64,000 nt of DNA from Camelus ferus (Eukaryota). Positions within the stretch are counted from its first letter, which is position 1. Each line of letters starts with the position of its first letter. Shown here piece after piece: positions 1-12,589 of the stretch. The stretch lies in NCBI RefSeq assembly GCF_009834535.1, contig NC_045696.1:94924001-94988000 (forward strand). The letters are read 5' to 3'. The position numbers were made by a program, and so were the translations under genes. Under the pieces are notes generated by a model. It saw nothing but the letters and a program-made list of their open reading frames with translations. It had not been told where the DNA came from and did no database searches.

Positions 1-529
1 AATTAGATAAATAGTTTTCTGATGCTACTAAGCAGGAAAGACTGACAGAATAACGGAGGGCTTGATACATAAAATACAGGGATGTCCCATAAAGGGGCAA
101 AGGGAGCCTGGTTTCCTTTAGAGAAATCATGATTCATCAATTAAGTTTAGATCAAGACTTTGAATTGAGTAAACCATAATTTTCTTTCCAATAACGAAGA
201 TAAAACTCTTACCCTTTAAGTTACTGCAAAAACTTTATAACCCAACATTCCCTGGTCAGAAGTTTTCAGATAAAAAAGAATCAGCATGGCAGATGGCATG
301 GATATATAGCATTTTAAGGTAGTTCTAAAAGAAATGTAAATGAAATGAAAAAATATCAAACATAAATGCATTTAAGGTACAAAAATGAAACAGATATTTA
401 CTCTGAATTTATTAAAAGGACAAAGATGAAATGATAAAGACAATAAAAACACAAGGAAGAAGTACCTAAAATTAACTAATAACCTATACAAGGAGTTGTT
501 GTAAGAGCCACTAAGTCAAAAAGAAGAGC

Positions 530-553
530 AAAAAAAAAAAAAAAAAAAAAAAA
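530..553 (+). repeat. poly(A) run (A24)
   Basis: Uninterrupted A tract within an A-rich, possibly LINE-derived segment. Confidence 0.9.
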
Positions 554-721
554 GCATTTACATGGAAAATATAAGGAAGATCCAAAGATAAATGAGAAAT
601 TGGAAACAGGACAGTGAACATAATGAGACATTATAAATAGTTATTTTGGAAAATCGAGTGAGCTAAGCCAAGTGATTCAGGGTGGAGTGGTTATTCACAG
701 CCATCGCTAAGATAGTTATAA

Positions 722-800
722 AAATAATACCAGATATTTAATGAGCACTTACTGTGTTAAGTCTACAGCACTTGACACTTTTTTTCTAATTTAATCTTTG
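722..800 (-). mobile_element. MIR SINE fragment
   Basis: aataata...atttaatgagcacttactgtgt...atttaatctt resembles the reverse complement of the MIR 3' part. Confidence 0.5.
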
Positions 801-2239
801 GGAATAATAAAAAGATAGTGCTCTGCTGAAGAATCAGGTTTTACATAAATGGGAAAGAAAGAGAGGAACAGGAAAGTCAAGGGACAATAAAGGCATCGAG
901 ACACAGGAAAAGACCCTAAACTTAAAAAGGAATATAAGGTGAATTAAATACAAGGAAATGTCAAAGTAAATCAATATCTACAAAATATAAGCTTCTGAAT
1001 TTGATACTGAATGTGTAAAACAAAATCGATTAAGAAGTTACAGGATATAAAACCAGGGCAAAACAGAGCTGCCATGCAGAACATTTTTTAAAAACCCCAA
1101 AACTCCTAATTAAAACCAATATTGGAAAACCTGGCAGTTCTCCAAAAGAAGCACATAAGGATAAAGTACCTCCTAATAAGGGAATGCACTATAGGAAAAG
1201 ATTTGGGAGCCAGATGGCTGGGGTTATTAACTGGAGGAATGGCAGCAAGGAGCTGGGAGAAGCAGGCAAGTTAAATATAAATTCGTTGGGTATTATTGGA
1301 AGGAAAAGAAAGGATCCAAAAATCCTAATCATGGGGATAAACTTCTGGGAGAGCAAAAATGCAGGAGCCTATAAATGAGTGAAAGGAACAGGAGGACGTG
1401 CCAAATGGGCAAAACCACATTATAGAAAAGATGGGTAAACCACATCATAGCAAAAAGGAGGAGGAAAGAGTGGAAGGGTAAAGAAAATACAAGAAATTGC
1501 TTTTCAAAGCCATGCAGATTGTTGGTTGGAGAAGAGTAATAACTGCATACATAAGGAGTGCTTTTACATGGCATCAGTAACAGTGAATATATAAAGAGAA
1601 AATATTACATACAGAAAATAAACATCAGAGCACAAATACTGTTTCATTTGCTGAATTCCGGAGTATGAGGAAGTGGAATCAGTTAGGTTTGAGGTACTGA
1701 AGATGCAAGGGTCATTCCAGTGGCTTCCCCATAATGGTGTCCAATTAAGAACACTAGGAGACCCGGAAATTGGTTCTCTCTGGTCTATTCCCCTTGGGGC
1801 GTGAAGACACCTAAGATAGAATGACTGCCTTCTCTTCTAGCTAGTGTAAGCAACTCAATGCTTTAAATGTGATGTTCTTTCTCAATAATGGAATCTCTGT
1901 ATTATTTACTTTTATGCTTTACAACAGTTAGAGACATTGGGGCTTCATACTTAGTGTAAATCCTGTGAAAATTATTGAAGTTTCCCTTTTATCCTCAGGG
2001 CGGAGAGTGTGCCAACACTTATCTAATAATTCTCTGTTCTTTCTCAGTAACCCTTAAACTATGCTTCTCCAAAATCGGCAAATGAATATAACTCTTATGT
2101 CTCTTCCTGTGAAATTTTTAAACAGAGACAAGTAATAAGATGAGGTATTTTTGATGTAAATTTGGATGACATTGCAAGAATGATAAAACAAATATTACCT
2201 AGAACTCAAAACCCTTGGTAAACAAATGTCGCCTGAGTT

Positions 2240-2390
2240 GTGAAAGTACAATCAATATTGGATTCTAGCTTCAGCTCTCCCACTGCCTGACAGTGGGCAT
2301 TGAGCCTCCCTATACAGAGTTTCTTTGTCTGTAACGCAGAGTATTTTTATATCTACCCATCTTTTGGGGTATTATGAGAATTAGATAATG
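2240..2390 (+). mobile_element. MIR SINE remnant
   Basis: ggattctagcttcagctctcccactg...agtttctttgtctgtaa...tctacc...attatgagaattagataat follows the MIR core layout. Confidence 0.6.
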
Positions 2391-3118
2391 GACTGGTACT
2401 TTCAGCTATTTGGAAAAACCAATGCTACATAATTATTTAAGTGTTATTTTAAAATCTTGTGCTTTGCAAAAAAAAAAAAAAGCTAAGTTTTTGAGATTCC
2501 CTATTCAGTCAAATATGTATTCTTTATATAGCACCTATCATAAAAGCATTCCCTAAGTACTGGTTTTTACTGTTTACCATATTAATACTTAATAACATGG
2601 AATCTGGATTATTATTCTATTAAAGGCTACTTCTTCTGAAACACAGCAAGGAAGTAGATAATATGAATCTGTATATAGCAAATATATTTTTCATTCTATT
2701 TCTTATTCCTAAGATAGGACTTCCATTATATTTTTTGTGCTCAAAGGAGTTATATTTTCTCCCAATTTTGTTAAATTGAGATTTTTAAAAAAGGCTCTCT
2801 GTATCAGCCCCAAGTCTTCCTCTCCAAACCCTATCCTCATGTCAAGCAACATAGTTCTACTCCCCATGTATCCTGTGATAATTCTGGCCTATCAGTCTTT
2901 CTTCATGACATTTACTCTTCCTTTCGCTGTCCTCTCTGCCTTTTCCACTTTTTCATCCTTTAAAAACCTTGAAAAACTGATGCAATGAAAGACTGAAGTA
3001 TATACAGATACAGGCACACATATGTAAGCGTGCATGTATAATGTATGTTTATACCTGATATTTTATATTCAAAGCTAATGATAAAATGCTTGTTTATATA
3101 CATTTTAACTTCCCTATA

Positions 3119-3241
3119 CTATTCAAAGATTTTGTTTTCATGGGATTGTTTTCTTAAATGTTCAAACTCTCTCCCGTCCCACTTCGTTGTTTTGTCTGAT
3201 GTGAAGCCCCCTGCTTTATAGTCCGCACCCTTGGGGAACCC
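3119..3241 (-). CDS. Candidate spliced (probably terminal) exon of an unidentified minus-strand gene
   Basis: The minus strand reads tttctcctcttctctctcactccag|GGGTTCCCCAAGGGTGCGGAC, a strong polypyrimidine tract plus CAG. The sequence is locally GC-richer with three CpGs. Two frames are open: GFPKGADYK...ENKIFE* and GSPRVRTIKQGASHQTKQRSGTGESLNI*. No partner exon was found and I do not recognise either peptide. Confidence 0.3.
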   Translation of the reverse strand, partial: GFPKGADYKAGGFTSDKTTKWDGREFEHLRKQSHENKIFE

Positions 3242-5768
3242 CTGGAGTGAGAGAGAAGAGGAGAAACTGATAGACATCACTGAATATTGAGATAAAAACC
3301 CAAAGAAAGAGCTTAAAAAGTTGAAACTGTCTTTTTCTGGAGAGAAGGATTTAAATTTGGTAGAGTTGACCACACATCCTTTAGCAGTGAGTTTGTTGTA
3401 CCTGCTTGCATGAATAGCTTTGGCAAAAAACAAAATAAAACAAACAGCACACAGTTAAAGCAAGTATAATCAAAGGAAAAGTATAGGTTGCATTTTAAAA
3501 ATTGAAGCCTTTGGTGACTTTTTTCTTTTTGATAGTAACAACACATTTATTGTATCATCCACCCAAAGATAGATGATTTTTTTTTAAAAGCAAAATTAGT
3601 ACGCTATGTAGAACAAGTAATTTTATTTCTGATGATTCAATACTCAATAGTGATTCAGGGTCAGTCATTATGGATGTCAACTTGGTTATATAAATAGAAA
3701 CTGTGCAAGGAACTGTAATGGATATGTGTCTAACCCAGAACACAAGTAAGAAACAAAACTCGGACAGTTTCTTTTGAGAAATGATTTACCTATTTTAATT
3801 TTCTCAGATTTCATAAAAGCAAATTAGCAAAATAAGATTTTGAATTAATTTAGCTATGAAAGATCTAAATTAGTAGTCTCAGTTTGATGTTTCTTAAGGA
3901 GTCAATTTTGTTATTAGGAAACATTTTCCTTTTGCTGATTTTGTCAATTGTACATAAACGTTTTTTAAGATTGTGTCTAACTGCAAAATACATGTCATTA
4001 GTATATGATTGACTGCTATTTTAATCACATACTATATTGATTTTACTCTTCAATACATAAAGAGTTTTGTACTTCGTTGTATTTGGCTGAAGTGGGGATT
4101 AAGTTTTATAAATTATGTCTTTATGAATATTTCTTTGGTGGTTTGGGGATTCTCCATTTATCATTTGAAAATTGCATTTATAATAGAAACTTTTATCAGA
4201 GCAAAAAAGAATACTGAAATTGCACTTACAAATCCCAAGTGAAAAAATTCTCAATCACAAAACATAGAAGACATGTCTAGGAACTGGCAGGTTAATGTTC
4301 TCAAGAAACCACCTGGGAATAAAGCTGAGAAATTATATCTCAGATATTTGATAATCTGGTGGTCACTTTTAAGTAGGTATTGGAAACAGGATATTATTTC
4401 TCTGTGTTTAATAAAAGCATTGTGATCTATCTCTATCAGTTAATGAGAGAGAGCAAGGCACTTCAGCATGGCTAAGTTTAATTTTTTAAGAATATAAAAA
4501 AGTTCTGAGTTGATAGGTAATTCCTAACTACATTGGGTCTATCTTTCCTGCCAAAGTGATTGTGCTACTGTAAATATACTCTCCTACCTTTACAAGGAAA
4601 ATGGAATCAATCTAATATTACCTGCTACCTCTGAGTGTGAATTGTTACTTTGCCATAGGTTTGCACTCCCCAACCTCCACCCTTTCTTCATCTGATAGAT
4701 CCAAGTAGTCACCAGTCATTAAATGTCCATCTGTACAGTATCAGGTCATTTCTCAGTTAGGTATATTTTGACTGAAAAAAATAGATTGCCACATTGCAAA
4801 CTTTTTAACTAATAAAGAAAGGCCTCAGTAAATGGAAGACTTAGAACAAAAAAATGTTTTGTACTTTTTCAGGGAGGAATAGGTGTTGCCATTTACCAAT
4901 ACTAGTTATTGCACGTGTTCTGCAAAGCAGGCAGTACATCTGAAAATCAAATGATCTGGTAAAGTTAAGAGATGTCCATGAGTGATTGGTTTATGTAATA
5001 TTCATATTGTCAAGCAAATTTTTAAGAAAAATATTTTAACATCTTGGACATTTCTACCATTCCGTCCTCACTGTTCCTACTTAGAACAGTCACCTCTTGG
5101 AGAGAAGAAAAAGTTAATCTCTAACCAGACTATATCCTACAAAAACCGCAGGCACAGTCTGTAGATGGTCTTTCCTGTCTCTGAACTAATGTGGAACATT
5201 TGCAGTACTTTCACATCCAGTAATGTACTTCACCATAGGAACTTTGTAGTCTCCAAAGCCTAACATCAATCGATGGGCTTTTAATTTTTAAAATAATCGT
5301 TCTTTTCATGGAAGAAAAATGCTCCATGCTGGTGATAAGTGGAGGAAAACAAAAGATAATCTTTATTTACTCTGGGATTGGATAAACTAAATAGTACCAA
5401 AAGAAATTCCTGAACACGTATTTCATATCAGAACAATTTGAGGCTAGTTAAAGCAGTATTTTATTCATAAGAAAAAAATCACTGGGGACTGAATAATGTG
5501 TCTGGATACTTTAGGTATGAGAAATCCATAGTAGAATCTGGCAAAAGAATCCCTAACTAAATAGGGCTGAAATTCTGCCAAGTGAATTAATCCCACCCCT
5601 TAGGCTTTGTCTCCTCAGCTCTCTCCTTAATGATTATTTGGCCGGTGCTAATATTTATTGCTTATAATCTTAAATACATAAGGTGTGCTTGTTGACGTGG
5701 CCTCTAGTTATGTTTACAGAGTGAAGGACACACATTACCAGTCATAAAATTGTACTGACCTTTGTCAT

Positions 5769-5804
5769 TAAAAAACAAAAAACAAAAAACAAAAAACAAA
5801 AAAA
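5769..5804 (+). repeat. (CAAAAAA)n microsatellite
   Basis: About five copies of aaaaaac seen directly. Confidence 0.9.
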
Positions 5805-5819
5805 CCTCAAACCTAAGAG

Positions 5820-6240
5820 ATGTGTCCAAAAGTGGACTTTCACTTGCAAATGGCAGAAAATTCAGCCCAAACTGGCTTTGGACAAGGAGCTGATAATGCT
5901 CACTTAACTGAGCTTAGGGAAGGGCTAGCCCCCTCTCTTTTTCTCCTGGCCTCTCCTCCTTTGTTCTTCTCGGTGCTTTCTTTCCTCTCTTTCGCTCTCT
6001 TTTCTGCCTAACATCTAGGTCTCCATTTGCCTTCGTACTTTTGCAGGTTTCCCAGATCTCATATCCCCTGAGAGTCAGTCTGGCAGGAGGGAGAATTCTC
6101 CTGTCTCTTCTCAGCATTCCTGGAGAGTGCTTACTTTCACTTCTGATGGAGTAATGTAAACCATTACTAAACTATCCACTGTTCGGGATAGGAGACTGGT
6201 ACGTATTGATTAGCTTAGAACTAAATCACTCGTTTCCCTT
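5820..6240 (-). mobile_element. Old MaLR LTR remnant (MLT1J/K-like)
   Basis: cttgcaaatggcagaaaattcagcccaaactggcttt and tattgattagcttag resemble old MLT1 LTR motifs. Confidence 0.45.
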
Positions 6241-6252
6241 CTGAACCCCATC

Positions 6253-6751
6253 TGTATTCGTTTCTTACGGCTACCCTAAAAAATTGCCACAAACTTGGTG
6301 GATTAAAAAAACACATTTATTCTCATACAGTTCTGGAGGGCAGAAATCCAACGTCAGTTTTACTGGGCCAAAAATCAAGGTATGAGGAGACCCATGCTCC
6401 CTCTGGAGGCTCTCGGGGTTGGGGGGATCCATTTATGAGCATTTTCCAGCTTCTAGAGCTGCATTCCTTGGCTCTGGCCCCTTCCTCTACCTTCAAAGCC
6501 AGCAGCCGAGCATCGTGCTTTAGTGGTCACATTACCTTCTTCTTCTGTAATCAAATCTCTCTCTGCCTCCCTCTTATAATGACGTTTACCATTACATTTA
6601 GGTTCATCCGTATAATGTAGGATAATTGTCTAAGCTCAATACCCTTAATTTAGTCATGTCTGCAAAATTTTTGCCGCATAAAATAGCATTCACAGGTTCC
6701 AAGGATTTGGACCTGGGTATCTTTGAGGGCCATTATTCAACCTGCCACACA
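6253..6751 (-). mobile_element. MaLR solo LTR (MLT1C/D-like)
   Basis: TG...CA termini. Diagnostic blocks ccacaaacttggtgg, tttattctcatacagttctggagg, cacaggttccaaggatt and ggccattattcaacct. Flanks ccatc/caatc fit a degenerate 5-bp TSD. Confidence 0.85.
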
Positions 6752-7519
6752 CAATCTGAGCATAAAAACAGAAAGGAGGGGAGATGGAAACACAATGAAT
6801 GTTAGGAAGATAAGTAACAAGTATCTAATACTGATGTGTGTTAGAAGCTGTTTTTCTTTTGTTCCTTTGTCTTTTGTAATTATATTACCAAAGCAAGGGT
6901 CCTCCTTGTGCTTCTAATTTTAATTTAACGTCAATGGCCAAATTATCAGGTGTATAGAAAACATAAGTGGATAATGAGAAGCTAGGAATCCAGCTGTGAC
7001 TTGAACTTTGCATGGCGGAAAATTATCTGTTCTAAGGATGGTTTGGGCATTAGAATTTTCTTCAGATTATAATGTTGGTTCCTTTCTGTGGCTTGACGAT
7101 GGAGCTGTGCTTTGTTCACTTCTTAAGTACATGAATCAAGTAAGAATTTTAGTCAGGCACAATAGAATAGCTATAAAATATGTCAGTTGACAGTGAGTGT
7201 ATTTTCTACTCCAAAACATACATGAGAAACTAGATTAGCATCAATTATGGTTGAGGTTAAATAATAGATGTTTTGTAAAATACCTTACATTGCCCGACTG
7301 CTGTACATTTGAGCCTTCATATGTACCAAAATCTCTTCTTAAATCGGTGGTTCAGTGTACTTCTTTTTGTACTTCCCTTAATGCAATCAAATTGTAGCAT
7401 CCTCTTCTAGTTTTCAGACTCTCAGAGGAAGATGGGACAGGTTTGTTTGGCTTGGAATTAAAATTGTCTGTCCTTAAACATCTGTGGTCTTTGATCTGCT
7501 TAAATAAAGGAATTAAATA

Positions 7520-7730
7520 AATTATAAGAGCTATGTTGTGGATGAGAATCAGAACATTTGGGTTTAAATCTCTATTTTGGCTAGTTGCTAGTTATCAGTT
7601 GTGAGACCTTGACAAAATTACTGCACCTCTCTGATCCTCTACTTTTTTAATCCATAAAATGGGAAGTAATAGCTATTATCCACGGTTACTCTCGGCATTA
7701 AGTGTGTGAAGCACAGCATACAGCACCAAA
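7520..7730 (+). mobile_element. MIR SINE
   Basis: tgggtttaaatct...tgtgagaccttgacaaaattactgcacctctctgatcctc...ataaaatggg is the MIR core. Confidence 0.75.
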
Positions 7731-8000
7731 AATTATGGGTGTCTTCAAAATCATTATATTCATTCTATTTTTTGGATATTGCTTAATATATAACTTTATT
7801 CAAGTGTTTTGCAGGAACTGATATGTTAATAACAGTTTAGTGAATAGTTACTCTGTGTTCTGCCCTTAAGGGGGAGCCTTCAATCCTGCTATGTAGTTTC
7901 TAGTAGAAACTACACCCCTATTAAAACTGTTTGATATCACCTAACAGAACAGATGTAAATAAATTTGACATAAATTTAGCTGCTATTTTCAAGAGAGTGC

Positions 8001-8092
8001 TTTTTTTTTTGACGGAGGTACTGGGGATTGAACCCAGGACCTCGTGCATGCTGATAAACATGCACTCTACCATGGCGCTGTTTCCCTCCCTC
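8001..8092 (-). mobile_element. tRNA-derived SINE (camelid Vic-1-like)
   Basis: Reverse complement gggagggaaacagcgccatggtagagtgcatg...gcatgcacgaggtcctgggttcaatccccagtacctccgtc-A10 has a degenerate A box, a B box (ggttcaatcc), an A tail and a 13-bp TSD (7977-7989 / 8093-8105). Confidence 0.85.
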
Positions 8093-8438
8093 TAGCCACT
8101 ATTTTAAATAGTTGAGTATATTTTAAAAGATTTATTTTAAAAATAGCATTAGATAATAATTTTCAGTAACTGAAAAAAAAACTTTGATTTGCGGACATGA
8201 TTCAAGAAGATTTTAAATGTAAAGTGAGAAACTAGATAATAAAGGCCACCTTAGTGAGTGGCCTGGCAGATGAGTTCAGCAATCTAGGCCAGATACTAAA
8301 ACTGGTAACACTTTGAAGCCGTCTGCATCCCTGCGATTCATGTATTTGCGTATACCTATCAGTTTCAAGTTTATCTATAGGCACAATGGAATTGTATGAA
8401 AATAGCTACACAAAGAGCAGTTTTAAAAAGAAACAAAG

Positions 8439-8892
8439 TTGGTTTGTTTTGATTTTTAGATTCCACATATAAGTGAAAACCTACAGTTTTTGTCTTTCTC
8501 TGTGTGGCTTATTTCACTGAGCATAATACCCTCCAGGCCCATCCATGTTGTTGCAAATGACAAGATTTCATTCTTTCCTGTGGCTGAGTAATAATATCCC
8601 ATTATAGATATAAACATATATATACCACATTTCCTTTATCCATTTATCTATCAGTGGCACTTAGGTTGCTTCCACAACTTGGAGGGGTGAGGGAACGTGT
8701 AAAATTGGAGATTAAGAGTTACAAACTACCAGTTTTAAAATAAATAAGTCACAGTAACATACGGCTCAGTGAACATAATCAGTAATACTATAATAACTTT
8801 GTGCAATGCATCATCTATAGAAATACTAAATCACTGTGTTATACACCTGAAACTAATATAATACTATAAGATAAGTATACTTTAAAAAAAAA
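8439..8892. mobile_element. 5'-truncated, 5'-inverted LINE-1 3' end
   Basis: 8439-8682 is L1 ORF2-end/3'UTR on the minus strand (agattccacatataagtga...catccatgttgttgcaaatg). 8683-8892 is the L1 terminus on the plus strand (tatacacctgaaactaatata...poly A). Confidence 0.8.
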
Positions 8893-10419
8893 GGAGAAAG
8901 AGAAAAACAAAGCTGTAGCTTTGTGGTCATATTAGCAATAGCCTCTGATTATGTTGGGTTGTCATGTACAACTAATTATATAATTAAAGCTAGATGTATT
9001 GCATTTAAAAAGTTAACTTCAAAGTACAAATTCTTATCTATATTTTTCCCTTCTCTTCTCACTTTGATGCTATATATATATTAAAAAAAAAAAAGCAAAG
9101 TGAAACTGAATACTGGTAATCAAAATCATTCTAATGATCAAATACATCTTGAAAAAAATTTCTTTGTCTGGCATGAACAAATATAATAATACAAAATTTT
9201 AAGGGCTTAATGGAAAAAGAAACCCTGTGTAGTTAATTTTTCAGTCTTTACCAAAAAGATGGTGAAGAGGCAAATTTTGGTTAACAACACTAAAATATAC
9301 TAAAGTTACTTTAATTGTAGAACCTCAGACTTACAATGAAGTAATATGGCATTCAGAGGTCCATCTATTATAGCCCCAAACAGTGCTTCTCCTGTTACTT
9401 CATAAGGTGCCCTAAGCCTTTAATGAGTAAAGATGTGACTTTCTAAAATAAGTAATGCCTTTAATTTTAAAATAAAAATGAAAACAACTGGCTGGCATTG
9501 CCCCATGAAGAATACAATGTTCCAAAATTACAGAAAGAAAGAGAAGCTCAAATTAAATCATTAGTCCCTGGTGAAAATTTAATGAAGTCGACATAGGTAA
9601 CACTTATTTTAGACGCATAATTTTTGACTTAATAATGTGTGATTCCTAAGATCTGTAATTATTTGAACAGGTTTTGTAAAAGAGCCACTTGCAAAAGAAT
9701 ATGCTGAGACTTAGACAAAGAGGTTAATTTTTTTCATCAGCAGGAGTGAGAGAGATTACGTTCTCCAAAAGGGAAGGAAAACATGCAAGCAGAATCATCT
9801 GTCTTCCATAGTAATGCCCTTCTATTTGTTATCAGCTATGGGGAAGGTTTAGACCGTCAGTCTGTAGCTAAATTTTGTCTACTTCCTGCTTAATGGAGGG
9901 TGAATCAGGAAACTTGTTTGGTTAATTTTAGCCTAGAAAGTTTTTAAAAGCGGCTCAGAAGAACTAAGGCAACACAGTTAGGTATTGATTTTCCTGACTC
10001 AAACCAAGAGGCATAAATCATATGCCCTGTCCAAGTTCTTCCTGAAGATATCAATACTCTTCCCATAAGGCCATCTGTGGTTTAACATTTTGATCGCTGA
10101 GGTGGAAAAATAGGCACCAGAGCCAACTGAGATGTGGAAGATGGGGGTGCATCTTTTCTGATGAAATTCTGGACCACCAAATAGGTTTCTGTTAAATCTC
10201 TGGGTCGTGAAATACATCTCGGGCCATATTGATCAGGGCACCCAACACGCAACTGCTACCCTGACATGTACAAACTCTGAGGGTAGGAAATGGGTATCCC
10301 AGTATAAGAAAACGATGTAAATAGGTATAAAACACATTTGTGAGTGCTTTGAAAATACCCTGTCTCATTTGGATAAATTTTTATTGTTTGCACCGACTCT
10401 TCTCTATCTTTATCATTTT

Positions 10420-10920
10420 ATTTTTCATTCAGTCATGCACCAATATTTTTCACTACCCACCTTGAGCCAAGTATGATTCTACAAGCTGAACATACAGGAG
10501 TGAACAAGACAGATGGGGTTCTTGCCCCTTGGAGAAAAATATGTAAACAAGCTAATGAACTCCTGCAGGTTGTCAGCAATTCTGTAAAGGAAGTAGTGCT
10601 TAGATACAGAGTAGTTGGGAGATTCCGTTCAAAGGGATGTTAAAGAGGGTTCTCCAAGTTTGTGCCAACATCTAAGCAATATCTTAAAAGAGAGTGGGTT
10701 TAAGATAAGAACTGGTGAATCAGCTTGCCTGGATAAGGGAGGAAGAATGCCCTGAGATGGAAAGCATCTTGGCAAGGATGAAGAATTGAAAAGAGGTGAA
10801 AATTGTGAGGGAAATGGCAGTGAGTACTGGAGAGGCAGTCAGAATTCAAAATTTCAGATCTGACGGGCTTCCTAGCACAAGTTAAGAAATTTAGATTTTA
10901 TTATAATAGCATTTATTATG
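10420..10920 (-). mobile_element. L2 LINE 3' remnant
   Basis: ttcattcagtca...gtgaacaagacagatgg...aaatttagattttatt matches the L2 3' end in antisense. Confidence 0.65.
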
Positions 10921-12589
10921 GAGTTATTACTAATATATCTTATGACAATATTCTGCTTAGGGTAAGCCAATAGTTAAACTTTTTTAAAAAAGCTTTAAAG
11001 ATACTCTTTAAGTAATTGCAAAATGGAATTGCTCAACCTAATCTATTTTATTTTTAATAACTTTCAAAATAAGTTTACCGTGCAAACCTCAGAAATATAT
11101 TTAAGGAAATTTCAAGGGGACTTTGGAATTGCTGGGGAATGCATTGTGGCAGTTACTCCATAAAGAGGGACTGGTTGGTAGAGAAGGAGGGTGTGGGAGG
11201 AGTCCTGATAAGGGAATCTGACAAACAGTGGAGCACACGCTTTCACATCAGCCTCCATTCCTTTTTCTTTTCCTCTGTATCCTTTCACATATTTCACAAC
11301 CAAGATGCACAGAGAGACTGGCTTAGCTTGATGTCAGAAACAGTGGGCATGTGATTTGGAAAGATCCTTACTGTTCCTCTGGGGATATTTATGATGAACA
11401 GGAACGTGTTAACTACTCAGAGCATTCAGACAGTAGACTCCATAACACCCCCTACAGCATGGGTACACAAACACACACAGCCCCACACTTTTTTCATCAG
11501 AGCGTAGGGAGTCAGGAAGTTCTCAGTAACATGCAGGCAGACACCCACCAGCTAGCACATTACCGCCAGCTGTGATGTCCCCGCAGCAGGGAGGAACACA
11601 CACTCCTCACTGGGGTGAGGGTGTGGAGGGTGCTTAGCGAGCGAACCGACCCAGCAAAATGTCAACACAGGGAATGAAGATATAAGTGGATATAAGTGCT
11701 TATTTTTTCCTATAGAGACTAAATAAAGGTGACTAGGGAATGTGACTTCAGTTTGCTTATTGAAATTTTAATATGGTTTTAAGTTCTAATGTATTGTAAT
11801 GCCTTATCAGCTGGAGCTATCAAAGTAGTTTCACACAAGCTTTCACACTAGCTGGGACAGTTTCTTTAAACAAAGGAAGACCTGGAGAATGAAAAGTTGC
11901 CTGTATCTGAGGTACAAATCAGTTTTTGTTTCAGTCCACTTAGGAAATTATTCCAATATTGTTTTTTCCTAGAAAAACATCTCATTTTCTTCTATATATG
12001 ATTTCTTGAAGCATGGTGAGTATACTTGGTCCAAGAGAAAATTTTCTACTTTCATAACTACATTAAAAGGAAATATTTGAAAATAAACTGAATATTTGAA
12101 GTAAAGTAAGCAGTCTTTTCTAATAGGTTTCTGAAACAATGTCCATTTGGTTTCAAGATTGAAAATAATGTTACAGCAGCAGCAGAACTTCCAGTGTGAT
12201 TAACTAGAATGTTAAGTTAGTAGGAAATATCAGTTTACTAGATTAGTATTTATGGAATGGAATGTATTTACATTAAAAATAGATGATGCCAATCATTTCC
12301 ATTACTCTTGTACTGCTTTTCCATACTAGTTTTCTACCACTTGATGAAAAAAATTTTTCCCCACTTCTGGAATAATCTAGCTACATTTGATCTGCCTGAG
12401 AACATTCTTTAAGAAGGTTATCCTTTTCCCTTTCTCCTTTCATACGTGTCCTTCTCCGACTGAATTGCCCTCCTTATTACCCTTCTCATCCATCTTGAAT
12501 CTTTTGAAGGTGCATTGTCCCAAGGAAGAAAAGTCTCTGACTTTTCAAACAAAGGAATATTTTAGTCTGTTGGCATTAGTGTTGAGAAA

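Noticed and set aside
300..1550. Purine-rich stretch with ORFs 1184-1378 and 1329-1574
   Set aside because: Probably highly decayed LINE sequence, but I could not assign a family or any protein similarity.
8001..8092. Functional tRNA gene
   Set aside because: It has a degenerate A box and D arm, an insertion in the anticodon region, an A tail and a TSD, so it is a SINE.
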